Shown here: positions 8,984-18,214 of the stretch, one piece after another | Layout of the letters: each line of letters starts with the position of its first letter | Numbering within the stretch: the first letter of the stretch is position 1 | Assembly: GCA_041664585.1 (NCBI GenBank) | Contig: JBAYKL010000002.1 | Span: 13,494 to 77,493, forward strand | DNA length: 64,000 bases | From: Minisyncoccota bacterium | Lineage (GTDB): Bacteria > Patescibacteriota > Minisyncoccia > Phycocordibacterales > GWA1-40-21 | Direction of reading: 5' to 3' | Made by a program: the position numbers and the translations under genes | Notes under the pieces: generated by a model | Databases searched by the model: none | Told to the model about the DNA's origin: nothing | What the model saw: the letters and a program-made list of their open reading frames with translations, nothing else

Positions 8984-9871
8984 ATGGAAATAATAAAACC
9001 CAAAATCATAGTAATCCTTGGCCCAACCTCATCAGGCAAAAGTGATGTAGCTGTTTCTATGGCTAAAAAATTCAATGGGGAAATAATAAGTGCAGATTCT
9101 AGACAGGTATACAAAGGGATGGATTTGGGTACGGGGAAAATAACAAAAAAAGAAATGCTTGGTATTCCACACTACTTACTTGATGTAGCAAACCCTAAAA
9201 CCATTTTTTCTGTGGAGAAATATAAGAAACTAGCAGAAAAGAAAATTGAAGAAATATTAAAGAAAAACAAAACACCAATAATATGTGGTGGCACTGGATT
9301 CTATATTGATAGTATAGTAAAAAATATCCTTCTACCTCAAGTTAAACCGAACAAAAAGCTAAGGAAAGAATTGGAAAATAAAACAACTGAGGAGCTTTAT
9401 AGAACCCTCCAAAAACTCTCCCCTTCTCGTGCTCAAAATATAGATTCAAAAAATAGAGTAAGACTAATCAGAGCAATAGAAATAGCCAAAGCTCTTGGTA
9501 AAGTACCAGAAGTAAAAGAGCTACCAAGTAAATATGAATTCATATTGATAGGTATTGATCTACCAGATGAAATACTTAAAGAAAGAATAAAAATAAGATT
9601 ACAAAAACGCCTTAAAGCTGGAATGCTCAAGGAGGTGCAGAAGCTAAAAAAAGATGGTGTATCTTGGAAGAGATTAGAATCCTTCGGCCTAGAGTACAGA
9701 AACTGTGCTTTGTTTCTACAAAATAAAATAAGCAAAGAACAAATGATTCAAAATATAGAAAAAGAAAGCTTCCAATATGTTAAAAGACAGAGAACGTGGT
9801 TTAGAAGAAACAAGAATATAAAGTGGTTTGGAAACAATAAAAGAGATATCTTAAACCATCTTCTGAAATAA
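8984..9871 (+). CDS. miaA: tRNA dimethylallyltransferase
   Basis: GPTSSGKS, ISADSRQVYKGMDLGTGK, GGTGFY, KRQRTWF. Confidence 0.96.
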   Translation: MEIIKPKIIVILGPTSSGKSDVAVSMAKKFNGEIISADSRQVYKGMDLGTGKITKKEMLGIPHYLLDVANPKTIFSVEKYKKLAEKKIEEILKKNKTPIICGGTGFYIDSIVKNILLPQVKPNKKLRKELENKTTEELYRTLQKLSPSRAQNIDSKNRVRLIRAIEIAKALGKVPEVKELPSKYEFILIGIDLPDEILKERIKIRLQKRLKAGMLKEVQKLKKDGVSWKRLESFGLEYRNCALFLQNKISKEQMIQNIEKESFQYVKRQRTWFRRNKNIKWFGNNKRDILNHLLK

Positions 9872-9875
9872 TTTG

Positions 9876-9946
9876 CGGGCCCACGAGGATTCGAACCTCG
9901 GTCAATCGTTTTGGAGACGATTATTCTACCACTGAACTATAGGCCC
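9876..9946 (-). tRNA. tRNA-Trp(CCA)
   Basis: Reverse strand GGGCCTATAGTTCAGTGGTAGAATAATCGTCT-CCA-AAACGATTGACCGAGGTTCGAATCCTCGTGGGCCCG; 3' CCA not encoded. Confidence 0.95.
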
Positions 9947-10005
9947 AACGAAACTAATATAGCATAAAAAAACCGAAAGAAAAACCGCCCAAAGGCGGTT
10001 TTTAA

Positions 10006-10164
10006 TTATTTCTTGATTTCCTTGTGAGTAGTATTCTTTTTACACCACTTACAATATTTCTTGAGCTCAATTTTGCGCTCAACTTTCTTTTTGTTTTTTC
10101 TGCTCCAGTAATTGATTCTTTTACAATCCTTACAAGCAAGTTTTATTAATTGATCTTGTGACAT
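10006..10164 (-). CDS. rpmG: 50S ribosomal protein L33 (absent from ORF track)
   Basis: Manual translation MSQDQLIKLACKDCKRINYWSRKNKKKVERKIELKKYCKWCKKNTTHKEIKK; upstream of tRNA-Trp as usual. Confidence 0.95.
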   Translation of the reverse strand: MSQDQLIKLACKDCKRINYWSRKNKKKVERKIELKKYCKWCKKNTTHKEIKK

Positions 10165-10233
10165 AATATTTAAATTAGTTGCTTATGAGTATAACTTAAA
10201 ACAGGCCTTTTTGCAAGAGAAAATGACCCGAAA

Positions 10234-11910
10234 CTACAATTCCCTTGTATCAGGTACAATTGGTCTAACCTTCCAGAACTTCTTGTGTAAAGTCTTAATA
10301 GTCTCTTCTAGCTCAACACTCTTCATACATTTCATAACGAGAATGAAAGTAACTATACCCAAAAGACCAGAACATAGACCCTGCATAAATATCCCCACTA
10401 ATGTATTTATATTAAACAAATCATCAAATATATTCAATCCTAAATAAGCAACAAATCCCATAATCACAGAAGCAGAGAACGTTTGAAAAAGTGTATTAAA
10501 TAGTGGAGTAGAAAAACCTTTAAAATCTTTTTCAAATAGGATCCACAAAATTATACAATTTAATATTTGAGCTAAAGAAAAACCTAAGGCAAGCATTAAA
10601 ACATCAGTACCAACCAAATCATCTACCCTAAATAGGTGTTCTATAAAATACCTGAAGACCAAGAACGAATTAAAAATCTTTACAAAAGCATATGAAAAAA
10701 TAATTGTGAGAACACCAGTACCAATACTTGTATATAATGACTTCTTAGTATTTCCAGTAGCATAAAATCCTCTAACAAAAAGCAAAACCAAAGACTGTGC
10801 GACAACAGAGATAGCAAATATAGCTAAAGCACCCGCAGTAAGTTTAGTATCAGACCAGCTGAAATTACCAGCACCATATATAGTCCTAACAACCTGTGCT
10901 CTTAAGACAATAAATAAAACAGAAACTGGAATTGACCAAAAGAGAATATGCCTTGCTCCAGTAATGATATGAGAAACAAATTCATCTCTATGACCATTTG
11001 TAAAAAGTCTAGATAAAGTTGGGAAAGCTGCGATAGAATAACTTACACCAATAATAGTTAGAGGAACAGATTGAAGGTTCAATGCAAAATTAAAAATTGA
11101 AATAGAACCTCCTTCCATAAAAGAAGCGATGCCCAAAAGAGCAATTATAGAGATTTGAGTCATACCTAATGTAACCGTTCTTGGTATTGAAATACCAATA
11201 ACGTTTTTAATGGATTTAAAATCTAGAATTGCAGGCCAAGGCTTAAATAAACCACTGGCAAAAACAAATGGCAATTGTATTGCTAAGTGCATAATCGCGC
11301 CAAACACGACACCCAAAGCGAGTCCATAAATACCCCATATAGGATATAAGAAAATAATGCCTAGAATAATACCCAAATTATAAAATAAAGGACTTAGAGC
11401 ATAAACTAAAAATCTTTTACCAACCTGTGTAAGACTCGCAAAAAAGTTAGACAGGCCCAACAATATCGGGGACAAAAGGAGAATCCTTGTAGTTAAAATA
11501 ATGCTAGGAAAGTTTTCTGCGGATAATCCTTTGAAAATAAGTGGTACAAGATATGGTATTAAAAAGAAAGCGATTACGCTTGTTGAAACAATTAAAATTG
11601 AAAAGAAATAAAAAATACTATTTATAAACTTCTTTCCTTCCTCAAAATTTTTGTCCAATCTCTCGGTAATAAAAGGGACAAGAACAGAAATAGAAACAAG
11701 AGAAGCGACTGTAGCAAAAATAAAATCAGGGATTCTAAAAGAAGAATAGTAAACATCCAAAATAGTACTCGCACCAAAGTGAGATGCGAACATCCTGTCC
11801 CTAGCAAGAGCCAGAAGCTGAGAAAGAAGAGCAAAAATTCCAAGTAAATATGCCGCTTCATGTAATCCAACAATCTCTTTATAAAAAATATTAAAAATCC
11901 TTTTAACCAT
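10234..11910 (-). CDS. murJ: Lipid II flippase MurJ
   Basis: Polytopic membrane protein, ARDRMFASHFGA, SFRIPD, LQSVPLTIIGVS...AAFPTLS; likely start MVKRIF at 11910. Confidence 0.9.
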   Translation of the reverse strand: MVKRIFNIFYKEIVGLHEAAYLLGIFALLSQLLALARDRMFASHFGASTILDVYYSSFRIPDFIFATVASLVSISVLVPFITERLDKNFEEGKKFINSIFYFFSILIVSTSVIAFFLIPYLVPLIFKGLSAENFPSIILTTRILLLSPILLGLSNFFASLTQVGKRFLVYALSPLFYNLGIILGIIFLYPIWGIYGLALGVVFGAIMHLAIQLPFVFASGLFKPWPAILDFKSIKNVIGISIPRTVTLGMTQISIIALLGIASFMEGGSISIFNFALNLQSVPLTIIGVSYSIAAFPTLSRLFTNGHRDEFVSHIITGARHILFWSIPVSVLFIVLRAQVVRTIYGAGNFSWSDTKLTAGALAIFAISVVAQSLVLLFVRGFYATGNTKKSLYTSIGTGVLTIIFSYAFVKIFNSFLVFRYFIEHLFRVDDLVGTDVLMLALGFSLAQILNCIILWILFEKDFKGFSTPLFNTLFQTFSASVIMGFVAYLGLNIFDDLFNINTLVGIFMQGLCSGLLGIVTFILVMKCMKSVELEETIKTLHKKFWKVRPIVPDTREL

Positions 11911-11959
11911 CTTAGTGCGTATAGTATACAAGATAAACGACCAAAATAAAAATGGAAAA

Positions 11960-11989
11960 GGAAAAGCGTACCTTGCGGTACGCTTTTCC
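11960..11989 (-). terminator. rnpB terminator
   Basis: GGAAAAGCGTACC-ttgc-GGTACGCTTTTCC with T-rich tail on the minus strand. Confidence 0.8.
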
Positions 11990-11994
11990 ATAAA

Positions 11995-12322
11995 CCTTTA
12001 TATCTATAAGCCGAATTCTGTATTCACCGAAGTGAACGACAATCATCTATCTGGGCCAAATATTACTACTTGGCTCAAGCGGCGCTTCCGCATAAAGCGG
12101 ACACGGCCTTGCACAGAGGTAAGGATTTAGCATGTTGCACTTCTGTCTTTCAACAGACATATTCCCGAAGGAACCCTAGCTTTTCAGCATCAGCATCACT
12201 GTTCGCACCTCTAAGATCACTCTAGACGGGCGTTACCCGCTACCCTGCTCGTTTAAATAAATAAACGCTGTGTTCGGACTTTCCTCTAGTTATAAATAAC
12301 CAGCGATTGTCTAATATGAAGG
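11995..12322 (-). ncRNA. rnpB: RNase P RNA
   Basis: Minus strand GAGGAAAGTCCGAACAC and ACAGAATTCGGCTTAT (P4 halves), P1 CCTTCATAT/ATATAAAGG. Confidence 0.95.
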
Positions 12323-12489
12323 CCAAATAAGCATACAATATGTTGGGTAAAAAAGCAAGTGATTGGCTTGACTTTTAGAGTAAAAGATGCTATCATTTTA
12401 TACAGAACGTATTGTAAGAGGAGTAGCAATTCCGCTATCCCCCGTTGAAAATTTCAAGAAAAAACACCAAATGGTGAGAAGGAGTAAAT

Positions 12490-13593
12490 ATGTGGATATA
12501 CATCATCGTATCGTTAGTTTTAACCGGGATATTACTAGCCGGTTTACACTTCGCCATGATCAAGTTGGCTGGATTACTCGCGGTCAGAACAATCTTACTT
12601 GCGAGTCCAAAAATTGGTCGTGCTATGGCTAGAACCAGAAATGGAAAGATAACTGGCTATATAGCGAATATGGCTGGTTTGGGACACGATATCATTCCAG
12701 AAACAGGAGAACTATTCAAAAGCCAAAGTACAAATCATGGCTGGTTGTGGGATCACTACGGTGTATTGTGGATAGGTTTCGATAAAATCCACAAATACAA
12801 TATAACCGTTGTGAAAATAGATAAAGACGGCAACTACAAAAAAGAAACGGTGGTTGCCGAGTCTTTGTTTTTATCACAGTCTTGGCCGATGATAATAAGC
12901 GACGAACTAAAGACAAAAGAAGGTATCGAGCTAGTAGCGAAGGTTAACCTAAATCTCATACTAACCCATGCTGGATTAGGTATGGGACATCAACCCAACT
13001 GGTCTATAGTAATCGATATGGCTGTTATGGCAGCTGTTAGAGATTTCTGTGGATCACACAGTATTGATGAAGTTTTTAGTAGACCACACGAGGGCTCAAT
13101 TGCGGATCATACTAAATCGAAACTTATTGATCTGATACTGAGTCTGAATAATGGTACTGAGGGAAACCCTGGACTAAAAGACAAGATTGGAATGCAGATC
13201 GCTTCTTTTAACCTCATCTCAATTGACATTGTGGATGAGAAAGTAAAGGAACAGCTGCAAGCCAAATTCAATGCTGAGCAAGAAGGGAAAGCAAGAGTTA
13301 CTACAGCCGAAGCTGATGTTCAGGTGGCCGAAAAAGAATTGCTGGCTCGGACAAAACGTGCCGAAGCGCTTCTTGTCGAGAAACAAAAAGAAGCTGAGGG
13401 AGTCAAAGCAATCGGTGATGCCAAAAATGCCGTGCTCTTAAAACGAGTAGAAGCATTTGGAAATAAACCTGAGCTTCTGGCTGCCATAATGACCGCTGAA
13501 GGATACCAAGCTGGTACCTTGGTATTTGGGGATAAGGCAATGATCCTTGGAGAAAGAAAAAATGAAACTAGGCCAGTTGATAAAAAAGATTAA
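12490..13593 (+). CDS. SPFH/band-7-like membrane protein
   Basis: N-terminal TM, AAVRDFCG core, Ala/Glu-rich coiled tail (KEAEGVKAIGDA); SD AAGGAG. Confidence 0.65.
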   Translation: MWIYIIVSLVLTGILLAGLHFAMIKLAGLLAVRTILLASPKIGRAMARTRNGKITGYIANMAGLGHDIIPETGELFKSQSTNHGWLWDHYGVLWIGFDKIHKYNITVVKIDKDGNYKKETVVAESLFLSQSWPMIISDELKTKEGIELVAKVNLNLILTHAGLGMGHQPNWSIVIDMAVMAAVRDFCGSHSIDEVFSRPHEGSIADHTKSKLIDLILSLNNGTEGNPGLKDKIGMQIASFNLISIDIVDEKVKEQLQAKFNAEQEGKARVTTAEADVQVAEKELLARTKRAEALLVEKQKEAEGVKAIGDAKNAVLLKRVEAFGNKPELLAAIMTAEGYQAGTLVFGDKAMILGERKNETRPVDKKD

Positions 13594-14128
13594 GATCAAA
13601 CCATACTGGATTGTCAGTATAGCAATCTCTGGTTTAATCGCCTGGGGTATTATATCCTCCGTACACAATCTTAATAGTTTTGTGAGGACTCACGAAAGTG
13701 GGGCCAAGCAAAATGTATCAAAGTGGATAAATGATATGGGTAAAAGCAAAGTTTTCAAATCAAAAAAGAAAACTGAAGTGGAAACCCCTAATGTCGTTGT
13801 CCCAGAAAAAGGTTGGGTATGGAAGTCGTTCGCTGATAACAAAGAACATTCATTCCGCGTCAAATTCATACAAAAGAACGACACAGTGATGGAAATGGCG
13901 CTTCTCGCCCCTTCTGGTTTAGAAATTGCCCGAGTTAAGGTAAGGCAACCAGGAGAGTTTGGCTGGAGTTGGTATGGAGAATGGATAAATCCACCCAACA
14001 ACAATTCCGGGCAAATCGTGCTCAAGGAATTGGAGGGAAGTAACGGACGCATATACATCGGCTACCAAAGCGATGGAAATCGTTCACGAAACTTCGTAGA
14101 AAAAACAATCATCGAGTTCGTTGAATAA
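13562..14128 (+). CDS. Hypothetical single-pass membrane protein
   Basis: Overlaps the SPFH gene end; one TM then a Trp/Gly-rich beta-type domain. Confidence 0.6.
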   Translation: MKLGQLIKKIKIKPYWIVSIAISGLIAWGIISSVHNLNSFVRTHESGAKQNVSKWINDMGKSKVFKSKKKTEVETPNVVVPEKGWVWKSFADNKEHSFRVKFIQKNDTVMEMALLAPSGLEIARVKVRQPGEFGWSWYGEWINPPNNNSGQIVLKELEGSNGRIYIGYQSDGNRSRNFVEKTIIEFVE

Positions 14129-14225
14129 AAAGACGAACCAACAGGGCTGTACAAATGTACTGCCCTGTTTTTTTATTCAAAAAAACCACCAATTAAATAA
14201 TTGGTGGTTTTTTCTTTTTAAAGAT

Positions 14226-14522
14226 TTAGATTGCTCCAATAGTTCTTAGAATCAAATTAATAATACCCTTAACAGATATCATTATAAATATACCGACAAC
14301 TCCCCACAACATACTTTTTTGACCGTCTAATCTTTTCTCTGGACTTTCTGCATTTTTTATAAAGACAAATACTCCGTAAATAAAATATGCAGTCGCTAAA
14401 GCAAAAAGTAAATATATTAATGGCGTAACTATTTGATCGTTTATATTACTAAGAAATTTATCAAAGGAAACCCCTTTACCACTTCCCTGTGCATAAACTT
14501 TTGGAAACAAAAAATCAATCAT
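14226..14522 (-). CDS. VirB2/TrbC-like (T4SS-pilin-type) protein
   Basis: VYAQ cleavage-like site, two TMs around a charged loop, WGVVGIFIMISV. Confidence 0.75.
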   Translation of the reverse strand: MIDFLFPKVYAQGSGKGVSFDKFLSNINDQIVTPLIYLLFALATAYFIYGVFVFIKNAESPEKRLDGQKSMLWGVVGIFIMISVKGIINLILRTIGAI

Positions 14523-14525
14523 AAA

Positions 14526-14876
14526 TTAAAATGGTGGCAATAGTTGATCAACACGGCCAGATTGAATTCCAGCAGTACCGAATGTACCTTGCAAGATATT
14601 TACAAGACCCCAGACAGATACCATAACGAATATACCTACGATACCCCAAATTATTTGAGTCTTAGCTTCCTTCTTTTTTTCTTCATCTCCAGCTACAGCA
14701 TAACGAAATACACCCCAGATAAAATACACAACCGCCAAAGATATAATAAAAGGTACCAATTTGTTTAATACAGCACTTGCCATAGCAAAAAGATCCCAAA
14801 TACTATTAACCTTTGCCTGTGCCATAGCCACAAAAGGCATAGCGAAAGTCGAAACCGCAATTAATAATTTCTTCAT
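14526..14876 (-). CDS. VirB2/TrbC-like pilin
   Basis: Signal ...VAMAQ, TM-AGDEEKKKEAK-TM WGIVGIFVMVSVWGLVNIL. Confidence 0.8.
   Translation of the reverse strand: MKKLLIAVSTFAMPFVAMAQAKVNSIWDLFAMASAVLNKLVPFIISLAVVYFIWGVFRYAVAGDEEKKKEAKTQIIWGIVGIFVMVSVWGLVNILQGTFGTAGIQSGRVDQLLPPF
14596..14649. repeat. 54-bp exact direct repeat, copy 1
   Basis: atatttacaagaccccagacagataccataacgaatatacctacgataccccaa identical to 15064-15117. Confidence 0.95.
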
Positions 14877-14996
14877 AAATTATTTCTAAATAAAATTAAC
14901 TAATAATAAACTAACGACCCATTTAATTTAACACCCTATAATTATAAATCCTCACAAAGAATTAAGCAAACAGCTTATAAACACATATCCTTTAAT

Positions 14997-15473
14997 TTAA
15001 AGGTTCGGTATAACGTTGCTTATTTCTAATTGAGAATCATTTAAATTAAAGGTTCCCCTGAGAATATTTACAAGACCCCAGACAGATACCATAACGAATA
15101 TACCTACGATACCCCAAGTCATAAATTGTTTGCCGGCTTCCTTTTCTTTACCCTCTGAACGGATAAATTTAAATACACCCAAAAGGAACACTACTATCGC
15201 AGCAGAAACGATAAGAGCAATAATTGGTCTTAACATTCCACCAATTATCGTATTCATTATTAAATCAGAAAAAGTCTTTGGAGTTTTTGTAGCTCCACCA
15301 CCATTAACAGCATTGCTACCAGACACAACAGATCCCTGTGTAGGGTTAGCATAAAAAGGCGAATTGTTTTGGGCGTTCACGGACAAAAAAGCAAATGAGG
15401 AAACCAAGAGAAAAGCTAAACAGAAGATAAAAGATAGCCTTATAATTTTTTTATTTTTATTAAATATATTCAT
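14997..15473 (-). CDS. VirB2/TrbC-like pilin
   Basis: Signal ...VNAQ, two TMs, same WGIVGIFVMVSVWGLVNIL motif. Confidence 0.8.
   Translation of the reverse strand: MNIFNKNKKIIRLSFIFCLAFLLVSSFAFLSVNAQNNSPFYANPTQGSVVSGSNAVNGGGATKTPKTFSDLIMNTIIGGMLRPIIALIVSAAIVVFLLGVFKFIRSEGKEKEAGKQFMTWGIVGIFVMVSVWGLVNILRGTFNLNDSQLEISNVIPNL
15064..15117. repeat. 54-bp exact direct repeat, copy 2
   Basis: Identical to 14596-14649. Confidence 0.95.
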
Positions 15474-15477
15474 TTTT

Positions 15478-15882
15478 TTATTTTGTTAAGGCATCTATCG
15501 TACCAGTAATGATACTAGCGATAAGCTGCGCTCCTAGTAATAATATTATACCAATAATAGTATTTTTTAAAACAGTGTGAGCGGTGCTAATTTCTTTGCT
15601 ATTACCCCTAGCCTTAACATACAAAAATCCTGCATATATTAAAGCGAAAATGGCGAATACAGCACCTATTTTGGCAACAAAACTTAAGGCACTAGAAATA
15701 AAAGTTGGTATATCATTTACCCCGCCTAGAGGATTTTGGATTGTACTCCCAGAACCTCCGCTAGTAACTGGGGCAGTAACTTCCACTCCAGGAAGTCTAA
15801 TCCCCTGTGCAAAAGCATAAGAAGAAATACCGATGATCCCAATCGCAAATATTAGTACAAAAAGAAGTTTTCCTATTTTCAT
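15478..15882 (-). CDS. VirB2/TrbC-like pilin
   Basis: Signal ...AFAQ, IQNPLG, IYAGFLYVKARGN, IIGIILLLGA. Confidence 0.8.
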   Translation of the reverse strand: MKIGKLLFVLIFAIGIIGISSYAFAQGIRLPGVEVTAPVTSGGSGSTIQNPLGGVNDIPTFISSALSFVAKIGAVFAIFALIYAGFLYVKARGNSKEISTAHTVLKNTIIGIILLLGAQLIASIITGTIDALTK

Positions 15883-15894
15883 TTTTTTAATAAA

Positions 15895-16308
15895 TTAACC
15901 TTTTAAAAATCTTAGTGCTTTGATACTAGGATCTACAAACCTATCTACTAAAGCATACACGACAAGCCATGCGGCCAACAACCAGAATAAACCCCACAAT
16001 GTTTTAGAAAACATTTTTTTTGCATCTTCTAACTTACTAGCATTACCAGGATTCATAAGTATTTGAGCACCGGCATATGCTAAAGTAAGTGCTCCAAGAG
16101 AGGCAGCAATCGCAACAAACCAATTGACTATACGATTGACTGTGCTGATAGCATCAGCAAAATCACAAGCGTCTGATCCTGTACCACACTGAATTATAGG
16201 CCAAAATTTACTTTCTGCGTGAGAAACACCAGGACATGATATAAAAGGTAGAACCAAAAAAGTTAAGAACAATAAAATTATAAATATTTTTTTGCTGTGA
16301 TTCTTCAT
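15895..16308 (-). CDS. VirB2/TrbC-like pilin with Cys pair
   Basis: IIQCG...CDF, AYAGAQIL...GN...AKK...WG...LAAWLVV. Confidence 0.75.
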   Translation of the reverse strand: MKNHSKKIFIILLFLTFLVLPFISCPGVSHAESKFWPIIQCGTGSDACDFADAISTVNRIVNWFVAIAASLGALTLAYAGAQILMNPGNASKLEDAKKMFSKTLWGLFWLLAAWLVVYALVDRFVDPSIKALRFLKG

Positions 16309-16317
16309 ATAATTAAA

Positions 16318-17619
16318 TTATAACAAATTATTTAATTCCTCGCTTGCCTTTTGTACAGCACCCTCTAATCTTTCTCTGCCCGTTGTAATATTATCTATCA
16401 TATCCTGGAAGATAATATCTGTTTTGCTACTATTGGGATCTAACCAAGACCTAGAAATTAAAGCTGAGTTATAGAAGACTGATTTTGCAGAATCTGACAC
16501 ACCACGTGCAATCAAATCTCTTCTTGCTGGGGCAAAATTATTAAATCCCAAAAATACGGGAACTGTGTCAGCTCCTACAAGAGTAGAAATTGCATTAAAT
16601 GCAGGAACGATATTAGGTGAGCTCTTGAGTATTAAGAAACCGTATATATCACCGAATGTGATCTTGTTTTTAGAATCAAGTATTTGAGGAAGCATAGCAA
16701 CGTCGAAATTTAAATTAGGATTCTTCTCTTTTATATCAGAAATTTCTGACGCCTTTCCGAAGTAAACAGCCAAATCTCCACTCAAAAACATTTGTTTAGA
16801 AGAAGGTAGAGCGTTATTCCAAGAATAAACAGATTTCTTGGGATTTGAGTAGTCTGTATAAAATCTCAAAGCTGAGTAGGCCGGTATCTCTATACTTTTT
16901 GTATCTACCGAAGATCTACTATCTAAATAGCTCGAAACCTCTCCATTACTTCCAGTTGCTATAATTGGACTTCCAGCCTGCATTATTATAGAACTTATAA
17001 TAGCTTTGGCGTTATTTATATTTTTATATCCACCAAGAGATACTGCACTTTGAATTATATTCGCATTATTATCTACCTTAGACATCTTAGAAGCTAAATC
17101 TGGGAACTCTAACCACTTAGTAGGTGGAGAAGCAACTCCGACATCAGCAAACATATCTCTGTTCCAATACATCACTAACGGGTCTATAAAAAACGGTAAA
17201 CCAATAGCCCCATCCGCTGTCAAATATATCTCTGCCTCTTGAACAAAAGTATCTTTAAACAACCTCTCTGGTAAACTAGTAGCTGGTATAGGATAAACCT
17301 TATCACTATATCTCACTAGTAAATTTTGTGGTAATAAAACGATATCTGGGCCAATTCCACTTGCAATCGCTTCTACAAGTTCAGCGTCTATTGTTAAAAT
17401 ATTTTTTTGTACATATTTGATTTTTACGTCCTTACTCAAATCAATTCTCATCTTACTTAAAAAGTTTTCGAAACTAACAACATCGATTGTCCCCCATGCA
17501 GTTAAATTTACATTGGTATTAGTTGAATCCTTTGCTTTGTAAAGTGCAAAAGAAGCAATTCCTAATAATATAAAAAAGGCAAACACTGATATTAAAATTA
17601 CTTGAAAATTATTTTTCAT
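16318..17619 (-). CDS. Extracellular solute-binding protein (sugar-type)
   Basis: N-terminal anchor, GIGPDI, GLPFFIDPLVMYWNRDMF, FLSGDLAVYFG, NFDVAMLPQ. Confidence 0.85.
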   Translation of the reverse strand: MKNNFQVILISVFAFFILLGIASFALYKAKDSTNTNVNLTAWGTIDVVSFENFLSKMRIDLSKDVKIKYVQKNILTIDAELVEAIASGIGPDIVLLPQNLLVRYSDKVYPIPATSLPERLFKDTFVQEAEIYLTADGAIGLPFFIDPLVMYWNRDMFADVGVASPPTKWLEFPDLASKMSKVDNNANIIQSAVSLGGYKNINNAKAIISSIIMQAGSPIIATGSNGEVSSYLDSRSSVDTKSIEIPAYSALRFYTDYSNPKKSVYSWNNALPSSKQMFLSGDLAVYFGKASEISDIKEKNPNLNFDVAMLPQILDSKNKITFGDIYGFLILKSSPNIVPAFNAISTLVGADTVPVFLGFNNFAPARRDLIARGVSDSAKSVFYNSALISRSWLDPNSSKTDIIFQDMIDNITTGRERLEGAVQKASEELNNLL

Positions 17620-17626
17620 ATATTTG

Positions 17627-18151
17627 TTATTTTCTAAAAATAAGTCCGTAGTGTTGTGCTCCAGCAGACATTTCCCTCTCTAAAGAAAAACCGTTTTTGA
17701 TAAACAACTCCTGAGCTTTTTCTTTTGGTAATACATCTTTTGCTTGTGGGCCCAAACCACCAAAAGAGCTAAGCCAATCTATTACAAGAACCCTTCCCCC
17801 CCTTTTTAAAACTCTTTTTATCTCCATAATTACATGCTCTTTATTCTCAAGTTGAAAAAGTATATTTGCTAAAATAACAGAATCAATTGAAGACTCTCTT
17901 AGTTTAGTCCCGCCAACATGTTCAAGATCAGCCCATATAATTTCGATATTAGACAGATGTCTGAATTGAGCCTCTCTCTTAATCTTCTCTAGAAGATCTT
18001 TTTGTATATCTAAAGAATAAACACGACCACCAGAACCAATAGCCTCTGCAGCAGCAAAAGAATAAAAACCAGAACCAGATCCAAAATCGGCAACATAACT
18101 TCCCTCTGCCAAACTAAATTGTTTTATATTTTTTTCTGGATCTGAAAACAT
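17627..18151 (-). CDS. Class I SAM-dependent methyltransferase
   Basis: VADFGSGSG motif I, RVLKRGGRVLVIDW. Confidence 0.88.
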   Translation of the reverse strand: MFSDPEKNIKQFSLAEGSYVADFGSGSGFYSFAAAEAIGSGGRVYSLDIQKDLLEKIKREAQFRHLSNIEIIWADLEHVGGTKLRESSIDSVILANILFQLENKEHVIMEIKRVLKRGGRVLVIDWLSSFGGLGPQAKDVLPKEKAQELFIKNGFSLEREMSAGAQHYGLIFRK

Positions 18152-18214
18152 AAGTTACGTTTATTATACTCTTATTATAAAATACAAGCTATAGATAACT
18201 GTGGAAAATCATAT

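Noticed and set aside
11915-12130. 71-aa ORF and other short antisense ORFs in the track
   Set aside because: This one overlaps rnpB and its terminator; the other short ORFs antisense to long genes are codon-bias shadows.
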